Shown piece by piece: positions 28,101-40,201 of a DNA stretch of 64,000 nucleotides (within the stretch, counting starts at the first letter, position 1; the number at the start of each line of letters is the position of its first letter). The position numbers and the translations under genes were made by a program. The stretch lies in assembly GCA_030704615.1 (NCBI GenBank), contig CM060731.1:28086001-28150000 (forward strand), read 5' to 3'. A model generated the notes under the pieces. It ran no database searches and was not told the DNA's origin. It saw only the letters and a list, made by a program, of their open reading frames with translations. The stretch comes from Takakia lepidozioides. Taxonomy: Eukaryota; Plantae; Bryophyta.

Positions 28101-30792
28101 GTCTGAAACTTGATTCCAATCATAGTGAGTCTCTTCACCCCAGCTGATTTAGACACTTCAAGACGGCCACCCAATGCATCATCAAAAACCACCCAAAAAA
28201 ACTGGAATGGCCCTGTGAAGGTCCTGCGCAAGACTGTGATTACACAAACCATCACATAAGCAACGGGGATGTGATCAAGCAACTTTGTCTGGACAGTAAG
28301 GCAGTAACAGAACACAGACGTAGTCAGAGCAGTAACGGATAACTGCTTCATAACCACCAAGTCTGTATCAACCAACGCTGCAGAGACCACCGCTATAATG
28401 TTGAAAATTCTTGTGGGCGCTGTTTAAGGCTGAGATTCATGGGAAAGGAAAGTGTGTAGATTCTATGTTTAAGTGATATACAGCATGACAGCATAAAAAA
28501 TACCACTTGAGAATCACCACACTTCCATGTACAATCCTTTGCATAGCATAAGGCGCCTCCTCCTACCCAACTCAGGCTATCCTAGCCCACAATGGCATAT
28601 TGTGATAAACTATGCTCATAGGATGAATTTGGAAATGCTGCCTTAAGAAAATGATAGATCACCACGTTTAAAGCATGAAGGATAAATAAATTAAAGCCCA
28701 ACCCTCCAGACATGTGCATAGCAGTGAGGGTATACCCTGGAGGCGGGCAAGAAATGCACAAAACAAGGTCCGACAAAGGACAAAAACGGTATGATGACTT
28801 CCAAATTTCTACATAGACAATCAGATACTATGTCTAGAGTTTAAATGACCCTGCTACTGGAAAAAATGAGGTCAAAAACCCACTCATACTAAACTAAACT
28901 GAGATGAGGGAATCTGGAATTCTAACCATGTTCAGATGTTCTTGAGTATAAATAAACTGAATCAGGGGCCTTGGATCGCTTAAGACATTCCACGGGGTAC
29001 AAACACTTCACAACATCCATATCCATGAAAAAGCACAAATCTGAAGGTAAGATAGGCCACCTGGTCAAGGCACACGTCACATTGCGGGGACATTGCTATG
29101 ACCCCTTCATAACGCAAGTAACGGGTTGCCATTACATGTCAGGGTCAAATTGTTAACGGCCAAATGCCAGAAGATGACGAAATCAAAATCCACATCCTCA
29201 CAGCTGTAGTTTTAGTCTGTCAGCAGTAGTCAATACTCATCTCTGATCACTGATGTGTACCATATGGTCCTCAAGAGTTGCTTCCAAGGTGCTCCCAACA
29301 TACAAGCTACAAAACTCCACAGCATGGACTCTAAACAATTGACCAATAACAGAAGATTTCACACACTACTCTAGACATCAAACACATTATCTTTTGGGGA
29401 CAGAAAAACCTACTTGAGCCAATCTACAGTTGCCCCATGCTGTGTGTCCACTTTTAGAAGAGTTACAGCCACCCCCAAATCTTCCCAAGTACTCCGTATG
29501 GCTCCCTCCTTCATCGTTAACACCTTTGCAGATTCACATAACCTTTGGATAAGGAGGAGAATTAAATCCTCTACACCACATTGGAGTGTGCATACCGCTT
29601 GCAATGCAGTGAAGCATATCAAATGGATGCTTCCTTGCTGCATCTACAGGTGAGAAGCCCTACACGGGGTTCAGGGCTGCAACAAACTGGTGCTCTGTTG
29701 GATCAGTAAAAACTTATTGGAAGTATCCAACTTTGAGCCAAACAATTGAAGTGGCATGCAAGTCCTCTATTAAGCCCATACCCCACGTACAGGAGTTTTG
29801 CCCGACATGCAGTCTGCTGCTTGATAAACAGAAATGGGGTTTGAAACTGCAGCTTTGGACCATGTAATAGTTGGACGGAATAGTAATCAAAACAAAACCA
29901 TCAACAGAGTGCCCCGCGTCTCCCGAAGGCTAGCACCGTAAGACTAGCACCTACCTCGAGGCTGTACCCAAGCGCTTGCAACCCCTTAGCAATTGTGATT
30001 AAGTAGAGAGAATGGGAACTCCGTGCCAAATTTGGACAAACCTGCCGCAAAGTAAACATGAGCAGCTATAGTACATTAGAACTGGAGCCTGTCGCACAAA
30101 TTGGATTTCCTGACCAAAAGGGCAGGAACCGTTCCTGACACTTAGCACTACCTCTCCGTATGTCGCAATGTTTCTTTTCTTGCACTTGCTGATTTGCTGA
30201 TATGCATCAAACATAATTGCAACTATTTGTCAAAGCTTCTACGTGGGAAAACACATTTTATCTGTGAGTACTGGCCAGTGAGGTTTGCTAGTACCAGGGC
30301 AAGCCGCGGAGGGCGAACTGGGGACCTCCTTTCATTCCGCAACTCGGCTAGACTGACTCTTCCCCTGGACAGCAACAGCCGCTCTACGATGACGTGCGGC
30401 ACAAATTTCACATCAGCCTCTAAAAAATCTTCCTTAGGCATATGTGCTCGTGGGAAAATGTCCAGAGAATCCGCCGAGAAGTCGGTATGGCGAAGAAGCA
30501 TCAGTATTGAGCCTTGCATCAATGTCTCCGCCACAAAACACCCAACAACAATTATAATCAAGATCCTGTACACGAATGACTTGCCCTTTCCACTGAAACC
30601 ACTCGTTCGTTCACTATTGCTATTCCTGTTTGCATACGTCCTGCTCTTCGCACCCACAAGGATCCCACTCCCATTCCCATTCCCATTCACTTGATCGGGT
30701 GCACTTCTTCGACCAAAATGCGTGTTTCTGCTGGTGTGAGTCAGCGACACTTTCGAGCCTGCATTGCTCCGGCTCAATCCACCCGTGACCAT
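22109..30792 (-). CDS. Type II membrane glycosyltransferase (Glycos_transf_1; At5g04480/At4g01210-like), 14 exons, with frameshift/splice lesions in exons 4-6 as assembled
   Basis: Approximate exons: 30792-30295, 30041-29955, 29523-29414, 29112-29061, 28233-28060, 27819-27495, 27246-27043, 25890-25354, 25123-24913, 24331-24139, 23827-23644, 23498-23346, 23073-22990, 22561-22109. Family motifs RPPRLAL, LERTGQPLCIYE, GAWPFLH, HKNAWIGFQ, VNVWAYHSARRM and MDEDLAEAADD. Confidence 0.88.
24481..24810. repeat. ~167-bp tandem duplication in a glycosyltransferase intron
   Basis: caacactgaattgttccag...ctgctacaggaattcaa begins at 24481 and again at 24648. Confidence 0.9.
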
Positions 30793-31063
30793 GGCTCCTC
30801 TCTCGCAATTGCTGGTGTGCTTGCGATTTCTGTGCACTATAGTATGCGGCCTCCTGGCCACAGCTCAGCAAGGTTCTGCACGAGATTCCTGCCCATCCTC
30901 CCCCCCGACCCCCACCCGCCCCGCACTCGCTCCGTGTCTCTCTCTCTCTCTCTGCGAATCAAGTCGTATGTGGGGTTTAGGGATTGCCTTCTAACTTATC
31001 CCCTCTGCATTATTTACTTACACCACAGCTGTCACCAAATAATTCTCCGTTAAGCTAAAGTAT

Positions 31064-31445
31064 CCGTCTCTTAACGATTCTGTTGCCCAGCCATCTCTCT
31101 GTTAAGATGCAATATAGGTTAACTAACGACAATGTTACCTAATGTTAAGGTACACCTACAACTTCATTGTACGTTAACTAACTTCATTTCACGTTACCTA
31201 ACGATTTTGTTAGTTACACATAGAGTTTGGTTTTCGATTTGTTGTTGCCCGTCTCTTAACGATTCCGTTCCCCAGCTTGCCCAAAGCATATCTCTGTTAA
31301 GCTGCAATATAGGTTAACTAACGACAATGTTACCTAATGTTAAGGTAATGCTTCAACTTCATTGTACGTTAACTAGCTTAATTGTACATTAACTAACGAT
31401 TTTGGTTAGTTATACATAGAGTTTGTTTTCCGTTTTGTTGTTGTT
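31064..31445. repeat. ~185-bp tandem duplication upstream of the glycosyltransferase
   Basis: ccgtctcttaacgattc...gttaactaacgacaatgttacctaatgttaagg...catagagtttg occurs twice (~31064 and ~31249). Confidence 0.9.
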
Positions 31446-31697
31446 TTCTTATTCAGTAACAAACAAGGAGCTCAGTTTGTTAACGGCCATTTTGGGCAAT
31501 AATGGAACCTCAGACATTGAGCAGCTTTTTTGTCAGTAGACAACTAGTCTGTGGTAAGGTCTTACATGATTGCTCTGCTTCTCACATGGAGTGATGGTCT
31601 GCGATGGGTGGGCTGCTGTCAGAAGGTGCAGTAAGTGAACAAAACAAACTGTTTCTTTCAACTTCCTTCAGTTCTATCAACTTCCATGTTGCTTGTT

Positions 31698-31926
31698 TCA
31701 CCAGTACCCACATATGAGCACAAACCTCATCTTGGAAAGGGGGGTGATGACTCAGAAATGTTCCAGGGGACGTGCATAGGAGCCCAAAAGCAATGGCCAG
31801 GTTTTCACTGTGGTTGGCCAGGCAAAAATTCCTTGCTCCTCCTCCATGTCATGCAATACAGAGCGCGTGTCAGGCATGTACAACTGCCTGCTTCATCTGC
31901 CCAGACAATCTTTTTAGCTTGGCACG
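31698..31926 (-). pseudogene. Relic DYW deaminase domain behind the PPR stop codon
   Basis: Shifted frames read RAKLKRLSGQMKQA, YMPDTRSVLHDMEEEQ, CLANHSENLAIAFGLLCTSPGT, FQD.VC and terminal GYW* (TGA 31700-31698). The segment with KNLRVCxDCH is absent. Confidence 0.85.
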
Positions 31927-34900
31927 GATTGACCTGGCTCCGTTCCGACACCTCTGATCTTCATCATTTTTCTGACCTTTGCAGTATCCTCCCACCTGCC
32001 AGCTGCAGCATAGATGTTTGATAGCAGCACATAAGTTGCAGCGTCCTGAGGATCCCACTGGAGAATACATTCTGCTGCCCGCTCTGCCACCTCCACATTA
32101 CCATAATTTCTGCAGGAGCCAAGCAAGGCCCTCCACACCACAGCATGTGGTTTGATTGGCATTTTGTTAATGAAATCCTCTGCCTCAGTCAATTGCCCTG
32201 CACGGCCAAGCAGGTCCACCATGCAGCCAAAATGCTCCCCTGTAGGAGTGAGACCATGATCTTGACTAAGGGAATCCCAGTAGTGTCTGCCTTCATCCAC
32301 TAGGCCCACATGGCTACATGCAGAGAGAACACATACGAAGGTGATACCAATCGGCTTCAACCCTTCCTGTTGCATTTGTTCAAATAAATTCAAGACCTCC
32401 CTACCACACCCATGCTGCGCATATCCAGCGATTATTGTGTTCCATGAGACCACATCTCGTTGAGCCATTTTGTCAAACACTCTATTTGCATCTATTATGC
32501 TGCCGCATTTAGCATACATATCAATGAGGGTATTCTCCAGAATGATGTCTGACATAATTCCAGCTTTCGTAACATCAGAATGGACCTCTTTGCCCTTTTC
32601 CAGGGCTGCCAGGCTGGCACATGCATTGAGAGTGCAAATGAATGTGACCATGTTGGGTGTCACCCCTTCCAGTATCATCTTCTCGTACGTCTGCAAAGCC
32701 TCCATACCACACCTATGCTGGGCATATCCTGCAATCATCGCACTCCATGAGACCACATTTCGTTGGGCCATGTTGTCAAACACACGACGTGCATCCTTTA
32801 TGCTCCCACATTTGGCATACATGTCAACCAGCGCAGTGTCCAGAATTATATTTGGCACAATTCCACCTTTCATGATGTCACCATGGACCTTCTTGCCCTT
32901 GTCCAGGGTTGCAAGGCTGGCACACGCGTTGAGAACACAAACGAACGTGACCTGATCGGGTGTCACCCCTTCCTGTATCATCTCTTCATAGGTCTGCAAA
33001 GCCTCCCTACCACACCCATTCTGGGCATATCCTGCGATCATTGAGCTCCAGGAGACCACATCTCGGTGAGCCATATTGTCAAACACTTGACGCGCATCCC
33101 ATATACTGCCACATTTGGCATACATGTCAACCAGGGTGGTGTCCAGAATAATATCTGGCACAATCCCACCCTTCCTGATGTCAGCATGGACTTCTTTGCC
33201 CTTCTCCAGGGCACCCAGACTGGTACATGCTTTGAGAAGACAAACAAATGTGACCTGGTTGGGTGGCACACCTTTTTGTATCATTTCATCATATGTCTCC
33301 AAAGCCTCTCTACCATACCCATGCTGGGTGTATCCTGCGATCATTGCAGTCCACGAGACCACATCTCGTTGAGCCATTTTGTCAAACACTCGAATTGCAT
33401 CCTTCATGCTTCCGCATTTGGCATACATATTGACAAGGGCAGTGCCCAGAATGATATCTGGCACAATGCCAGTTTTTATGATGTCAGCATGGAGCTCCTT
33501 GCCCTTCTCCAGGTCGGCTAGGCTGGTACACACCTCGAGAATGCAAATAAATGTGACATGGTTGGGTGTCACACCGTCCCGTATCATTTGCTCATATGTC
33601 TCCAAAGCATCTCTGTCACACTCATGCTGGGCATATCCTGTGATCATTGTGTTCCATGAGACCATATCTCGGTGAGCCATATTGTCAAACACTTGACGCG
33701 CATCCTTCATTTTCCTGCCACATTTGGCATACATGGCAACGAGGGCAGTGTCCAGAATGAGATCTGGCACAATTCCGGCTTTCATGATGTCAGCATGGAC
33801 CTCTTTGCCCTTCTCCAGGGCTGCCAGGCTAGTACACGCCTTGAGAACACAAATGAATGTGATCCGGTTGGGCGTCACCCCTTCCCGTATCATCAGCTCA
33901 TAGATCTCAAGGGCCTCCCTACCACGCCCATGCTTAGCATATCCTGCCATCATGATATTCCACGTAGACATATTTCGTTCAGGCATTTTGTCAAACACAA
34001 AACGTGCATCTACAATGCTCCCGCACTTGGCATGCATGTTGACAAGGGTGTTTTGTAGAAGGACATTCAACCTTAATCCACTTTGGAGAATGTGGGCATG
34101 CACCTGTTTTCCCTCCGCTAGGCCTTTCATTTTGATACACTCCTGTAAGAGACAGACATAAGTCCTAGAGTCTGCCGAAATGCCTCCTTGGTTCAGAAGG
34201 TGCAATGCATCTTTCAGATGTCCTCTGTTACATAGAGTCCTCACATAGCCGTATGTGCCAGAAGAGTTCTTGTGGAATCGCTCTCTTGGTCCTATTTCAT
34301 AAACACTTGTCATAGCGGAGGTGCATGCAAGAACCAACTGTGCTGCCCCTGGTCCCAGCTCACCCTCTACCCATGGTGGTTTCTTATAGCTCTCAACCCA
34401 AAGTGCCTCATTTGTACTCTTGTGCTTGAAATCTGGTCCTCTGGTATGCATCTGCACCCACATTCCATCCCTGCCTCCAGAACAAAAAGGCATAGATTCT
34501 CCCCCTCCCAGCAAGTACCTGACGATGACAACCCCTCATTTACAAAGCAAATACCACCACTACCTACAAAATAGTAGCTACTATCCTGAATGCTGGCAAG
34601 ACTGAAAAACTATATATGAGAGGGAGGGGAAGAATGACAATATGTGACACAGTTTTCAATGCATGTTGTCATCTGCTTCTGCTACAGGCATTCACCTTTC
34701 TGCATTTATTGCCACTCCATCGACTTGGGTTTGAAAAACATTCCTTACAAAGCTTCTTGTTGTGACTAATTTTACTTTTCCAATACTTTCCTGCAATGTC
34801 AAGATCAATAACATGTCAAAAACAAGACTCCACCCAATCAGCTAGCTTACAAAGCCCGTGACAAGCAGACGTGCATGTACTTTAAGCAAACCCCTTGATG

Positions 34901-36249
34901 CAACTCCCATGCCCCATGTCATAGTGCCTAAACATGCTCAAGAACAAGGAAGATGACCTCATCATGTGCTGAATCGAATCTACTGATATTTACCTGCAGC
35001 TGAATCCAGATTTTCAGATTCACCCTCCACCCAAGCAGGTTTCTTGTAGCTATCAATCCAGCGTGCCTCGTCGGTACTCTTCTGCTTGAAATCTGGTCCA
35101 GTAGGATGGATCTGCACCCACACTCCATTAAGCTATCCTTGCATCCACAAAAGTAATGCATAAATCATCCCTCACTGCAAGTAGCTGACAATGACCACCC
35201 TAATTCATTTGGTCAACACTCCAACCTACTAAATAGTTGTTCCTTTGCTGAATTGGTGGCTAGGCTAAAAACTACTGTGTGAGAAGGACAGAGAAAGAAA
35301 TTTCTACAGTCCTGAGAGAGAGAATGTCGTTCTCAGTGTTGGCTCCAGCATACCCATGAAAGACTAATCCCGACTGGAAACTAAATCTCAACCCACTACC
35401 GTATGAAAAATTACACCAACATTAAATCACGAGCCAACCTAACAATCTGATAATAAGGGATTGCAATTTTGACATTCGACACATGCGGCTGTGGTTGGAA
35501 TGCCAAACAAGGTGGAGAATATTGACCGTTGCAGACTGCCACCTCGAGGACATTTCAGTCCCCGCGGAATAATCCCCCTTTCGAAGCGGGTTGTGGGTTT
35601 CAGACCACCAGGGTACTTCAGGCAGCCTGGAATTTCCCAAGCGTCCTTGCAAAGCCACAGACAATCCAATAAGAGGCAATGAGTGTCGATCAATGCGCTG
35701 GAATTGCCATCATCTTAAAACGCATGAGGTCGATCCAGCACTGCTCAAGTAGCTTGCAACAGATGTCACACATTTGTATAGGTTGCGTTGCCAGTCACAG
35801 TGTTAGAGGAGAAAGGCACGCACCGAGAGAGAGTTATATATACCCTGGCCACTAGTCTTGATACACGAGAAAAAATTTCAAAGCATCTTGTTGTCTGCCT
35901 CTTCTGTAAGATAACCGGGATTCACCTTATTGCCTCGATCGTCCCACCATGGACTGGGGTCTGCAAAACATCCGTTCCAAAACGTATCCAACTTGCTTAT
36001 TGAATAATTGCGAATGCCTTCTTGATCATCCCCCTGTCCATAAAGCTCGTCCTCCTCTACCGGTCTCCACGGCCCCGCGATTGACTTGAACCCGTTTGGA
36101 ACGCATCTAATGCCCCACCTTGAAGCTCTCAGCACAGGATCAGGCGTGCAAGCAGCGTAGCCTTGGGGAGGCTTGCCAGGGCACCCCGAGTTGCCTGGAG
36201 AAAACTTGGAGGCGGCAACGGGTGGCAAGCTTCCTGTATGCGCTGCCAT
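31914..36249 (-). CDS. PLS-class PPR protein (E1/E2) with two N-terminal OSB-type PDF motifs; exons 36249-35926, 35111-34994, 34790-34696, 34451-31914 (1024 aa)
   Basis: All introns are GT-AG with compatible phases (0,1,0), giving a 3075-nt open frame. About six ~101-aa P-L-S triplets (VVSWTAMIAGY / VTFVCVLNAC / LDTALVDMYAKCGS) are followed by P2-L2-S2-E1-E2. Spliced PDF motifs: FWNGCFADPSPWWDDRGNK|IHPTGPDFKQKSTDEARWI and CFSNPSRWSGNKCRK|MHTRGPDFKHKSTNEALWV. Confidence 0.9.
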
Positions 36250-37607
36250 GGCTGCTCTTGCAACTCTGAACAATCAACAATCACAGAAAGGAGGCAATTG
36301 GGTAGCCGAATAGCAAGCTAGAATCGTGCACAGGCTTGGTAATGCTGCACCTCTCTCCCTGCCCATCGAGCAACAATCCGACACGAGTTCCTGTGCCCAA
36401 CACTGAACAAAATGACGGTGTGTTGGAGAATGTAGCACGTACCCAGATTGCTCCTCCGCCATAGACGATTGCTCAAAGCCTTATTCAGAATAAACATAAG
36501 TCTTTTCTAGTAGTACAACGGAAACAGACAACCAGCATAGTAGAGACATAGCAAAGTTCTAATAGTTTCTTCTCCATCATCATGTAGCAAACGCTATGTC
36601 GTCTGGAATGCAAGAAATTAGCACCATATAGCTCACTATACTGCAAAAGTTAGTAGCACTGGAGCAGGAGGTTCGTGGTGAGGACGAAAGGCTTGGTTTA
36701 GGCATGAATGTACTCGCTTTAGCCTTGACCCAAATTTGCATTTTATTCTGTGGCATGAAGTGCTTAGTACATGAGGCAGAGACCCTTCCACAGCTGTTGC
36801 TTTGAAGAGAAGACTACAACTGCATCCAGAGTAAGTAAGAGCCACGGCTACTGCCCGGCTCTAGCCTATCATCTGTTGTGTTGAAACTTCAAACCAGTTT
36901 GAGGGTTTGTAAATGTCTAATGTCTAATCACAGAGTGCTTATTTACTGAATAATGCAGGTGTGCAGTTAATGCTGCTTAAGGTTGGGAGCTGAGTCTCTA
37001 GAGATGTAACTAATGTTCCGTCATCTCTCTCAAGCATGCAGCATGTACCATAAGCTGCAAAGATTGTGTAGGCAGTTGCACCTCTAACCAAAAGGTGTGA
37101 AGGGGGTGTGAAGGGGTTGTTAAAAGTGTCAATTTGGACAGAACTCTGGGGAAATCGGATCCCTGTGAAAAGGAGAAATGCAATAACACACTCATGGTGG
37201 TCAGTTAGCCACTATCACCACCAACATTGCCAGCCAGGTTTTGGTGCCATGTGTTGCCACATCCAATTAGATAAAAGGCTGGGTTTGGGGAGAGGGTGGT
37301 ATACATACCCTCAGATGCCCTCTACAAAGAGCTATGGGAGTACCTAGGACTCCAGTCTCTTGAAAGGGTCAAACTAACTGATTCTGGTAAGGTTGGCTGA
37401 AAGGATACATGTATATGGCTGAAAGGATATGGGTATGTCATGCCAATGCACCACAATTGAGCCATCAAGAATTCAAGCTTTTGCACTTCCCCTTGGCCTG
37501 GTGATGCTCAATTTACAAGATGGCATGATGTTAATGACAAGCATGTTTCAATTTGAAAAAGAATTGAAGTGGTCACCTAAGCTACTGTCGAAAGTGAAGG
37601 CTCGCCA

Positions 37608-40201
37608 TTATTGCACAGTAGAGCTGACATACGGTACTTGACTCAACTGCACATTCACACACCACACTGCATTGTGTCATTCATGTGTCCCTCACAAAGG
37701 CTTGATGCTCTAGTCATTTAGTTGGGTCTTCTCAAACCTTCTATAACTGCAGCTACATGCTAAGTGGCACAAGGACAAGTACAAGCTTACAGCCAGAGCT
37801 GTCTAACTTTCTCTTTTCCCTCTCCTTGTCCCTCTGGCAGCTCACATACTTCAGGGTTACTGGCTCACAATTTCAAATCACTGCACTTTTAGCAATGAAA
37901 CCCCATTATTGGAAATGGAACGCCAATGGTGTGAAAGAGTTATGGCAGTTTCCTAGTTAGATCATCAACCAGCCAGGAGAGTTTTTAACTCAAAGGAGCT
38001 ATGCTACAAGGCTTTCATTTGTGCTAGTGACAAAGCATTACAATTATGAGTGACTACCTCTCTCTTTACTCAATAATATCCATCGTTCATGGTGTTATAA
38101 GCAGAGAGAGACAGAGGAGAGACTATTGGATGCTGGTGTCATTAGCAATTTGGACAAAGAGACACCAACAAACAAAACAAAAACAATGTGTAACGGAATC
38201 AGAGAGAAAGGAAGACACTGGGGGACCAGGGGGTGAAACATTAGTGCCCTGGCGTGTTGGGAGGTATGTGGACTCCCAAAGACCTCAATATCTTCCAGCA
38301 TTCAGCTGAATTCCACCCCGAAGTCCAACAGACCCTTTGTATTCAACAAGAAGTAGCAGACCCAGAACCATTCAATAATCCTTCCTTAGGATGTTGGATT
38401 GTAAGATACATGACCCCCTGGGATACTGACCTTCCAAGAACCATCATGGGTAGATAGCTTAGGTTGAAGTTTTCATAGCCCTACCATACGACAACTACCT
38501 CATTACAAGGACTTGACTGTCATCATGGGGTTGCATGGAAATTCAGTATTGCTGATGTCATTGCTGGACAATTGCAGTGGAGAAATGGCAGACTGGAGAG
38601 AGGTAGAGAGATAACACACATGCGAGAGGATGGGGACCCAGTCCCAGCCACGCGGCTTTTCGGAGCTAGCCCCATACTTGTCGAAGTGGCGTCTCTTTTG
38701 AGCCTTGGTGAGCTTCTCCTTAGAACCAGCTTCTTTTCTACCAGCCCCCCCAGCTTGCCGATTCTCGCCGTGGCCACCTCCCTCCAGATATTCACTCTCA
38801 TCCTCCTGTTGAAGTCAAAAGAGACAGTGCAGAGATTGTAATAATCACACGGTACTCATACAAACATAAAATTTTACACTTTTTCTTCAAAAGTTTAGTC
38901 AGAGAAATCAACATGAGTCCTCTTCTTCAATAAAGGTTATTATCATACCAATCTTCTAACATCCAGCAAATCTGAAAGTGACCATCACTTTTCCATGCTA
39001 ATACAACTGGTTCTGTAACCAACACAGCAGACTGATCTTTACTGTTGAGGTGCCCCGACAAAACTCCTGGTGTTTAGGGCTCAATAGTCCCACTCAGGTG
39101 ATACTGGGTTTACAGTCATGTTACGTTAGCAGGTACCACTATATGGTCTGGCTATGGCCGGGAGAATCATCTTGGCAGAATGGATACCTAGTTCCCAGAA
39201 AAATGCTTTTCTGATTTTTATATCCCTGTCACACTAAGTGGCAGTCCCATTTCAACAGGAAGAAGTAATGCCATTAGTCCAGAAGGAACTGCAATTTTCC
39301 ATCAGCTGAAGCCATGCTTTGTTTTCTTCCGAGACTCTGAATGGCCATCTCAGCTGCAAACGTAGAGTCAGGAAGAAAATCACTCCTTGAAATGACATCG
39401 TGACTTAGTTTCTCTCTCTAGAAGCAATAAAGGACTGCTTATTTCTCCACAACGCATGTTCCGCAGGGATCCTTCAAGTGGACAATTCAACAACTAACAT
39501 CCAGGCAATAATATAGATTGAGGGTCTGTGAAGCACGCCCCAATCTAAATCCTAATCATTTACTCGAGCAAGTATGGAATGATAAGTGCTATACTGAATG
39601 ACCACACTCCTGGCGTGAGAGAGAAAGCGGAAAGAGAGAGAGATGTTACGATAGCTGAAGCAGGAGCAGGTTTGAGGGCATAGAATGCGGGAAGCTGTTC
39701 CTTCAACCACTCAACCAAATTGTAGCACATGCTCTCCCCTTTTTGCTCCCCTGCCTGCCACAAGCCCGTGAGCCGTCAATGTGTCAGTTCATCCCATGTG
39801 CAAAACTATCCATTCAGACAGCCCTTTCTCATCCTAAACAAACACACTCGACTAGACAGAGAGATTGACAGAGAAAGACTCTCAAAAGAAGGATGTCAAA
39901 GACGGAGGGAAGGGGGCGAAAAGTATCATACCTGCTGCAGAAGGCCTTCAACAATGGCCGTCTTTACAAAATCAGGATAGTTTCTGTTGTTGAGGTTACT
40001 AAGATCAAACTCTGGGAGAGCGTCCGGGTACCCCACTGGCAACACAACCTCCAAAAACAAAGGAGGGGGTAAATCCAAACCAGCGTCATCGTCTCCACTG
40101 GGATCTACCCTAACCCTGAACCTATTCTCACTGAGCTTACTGTAACTATCATAGAATATAGCCTCAAGTGCCAGCAGCTCTTCCTCTATGACCTCTTCCA
40201 T
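37608..40201 (-). CDS. RWD-domain protein (RWDD4-like); exons 40201-39932, 39754-39650, 38805-38620, 37646-37608 (199 aa)
   Basis: EEELLALEAIFY, YPDALP, GESMCYNLVEWLKE and C-terminal LTKAQKRR...PRGWDWVPILSH|LSQ. All introns are phase-0 GT-AG; 600 nt. Confidence 0.88.

Noticed and set aside
32470-34161. Several plus-strand ORFs with repeated motifs
   Set aside because: Antisense shadows of the repetitive PPR exon.
34452-34514. ORF-track N-terminus of the PPR protein (MLGGGESMPF...)
   Set aside because: Non-ATG start lying in an intron; the acceptor at 34452 and the upstream in-phase exons explain the real N-terminus.
35422-35693. Cys-rich ORFs inside PPR intron 1
   Set aside because: No start or splice context fitting the gene model and no recognised domain.
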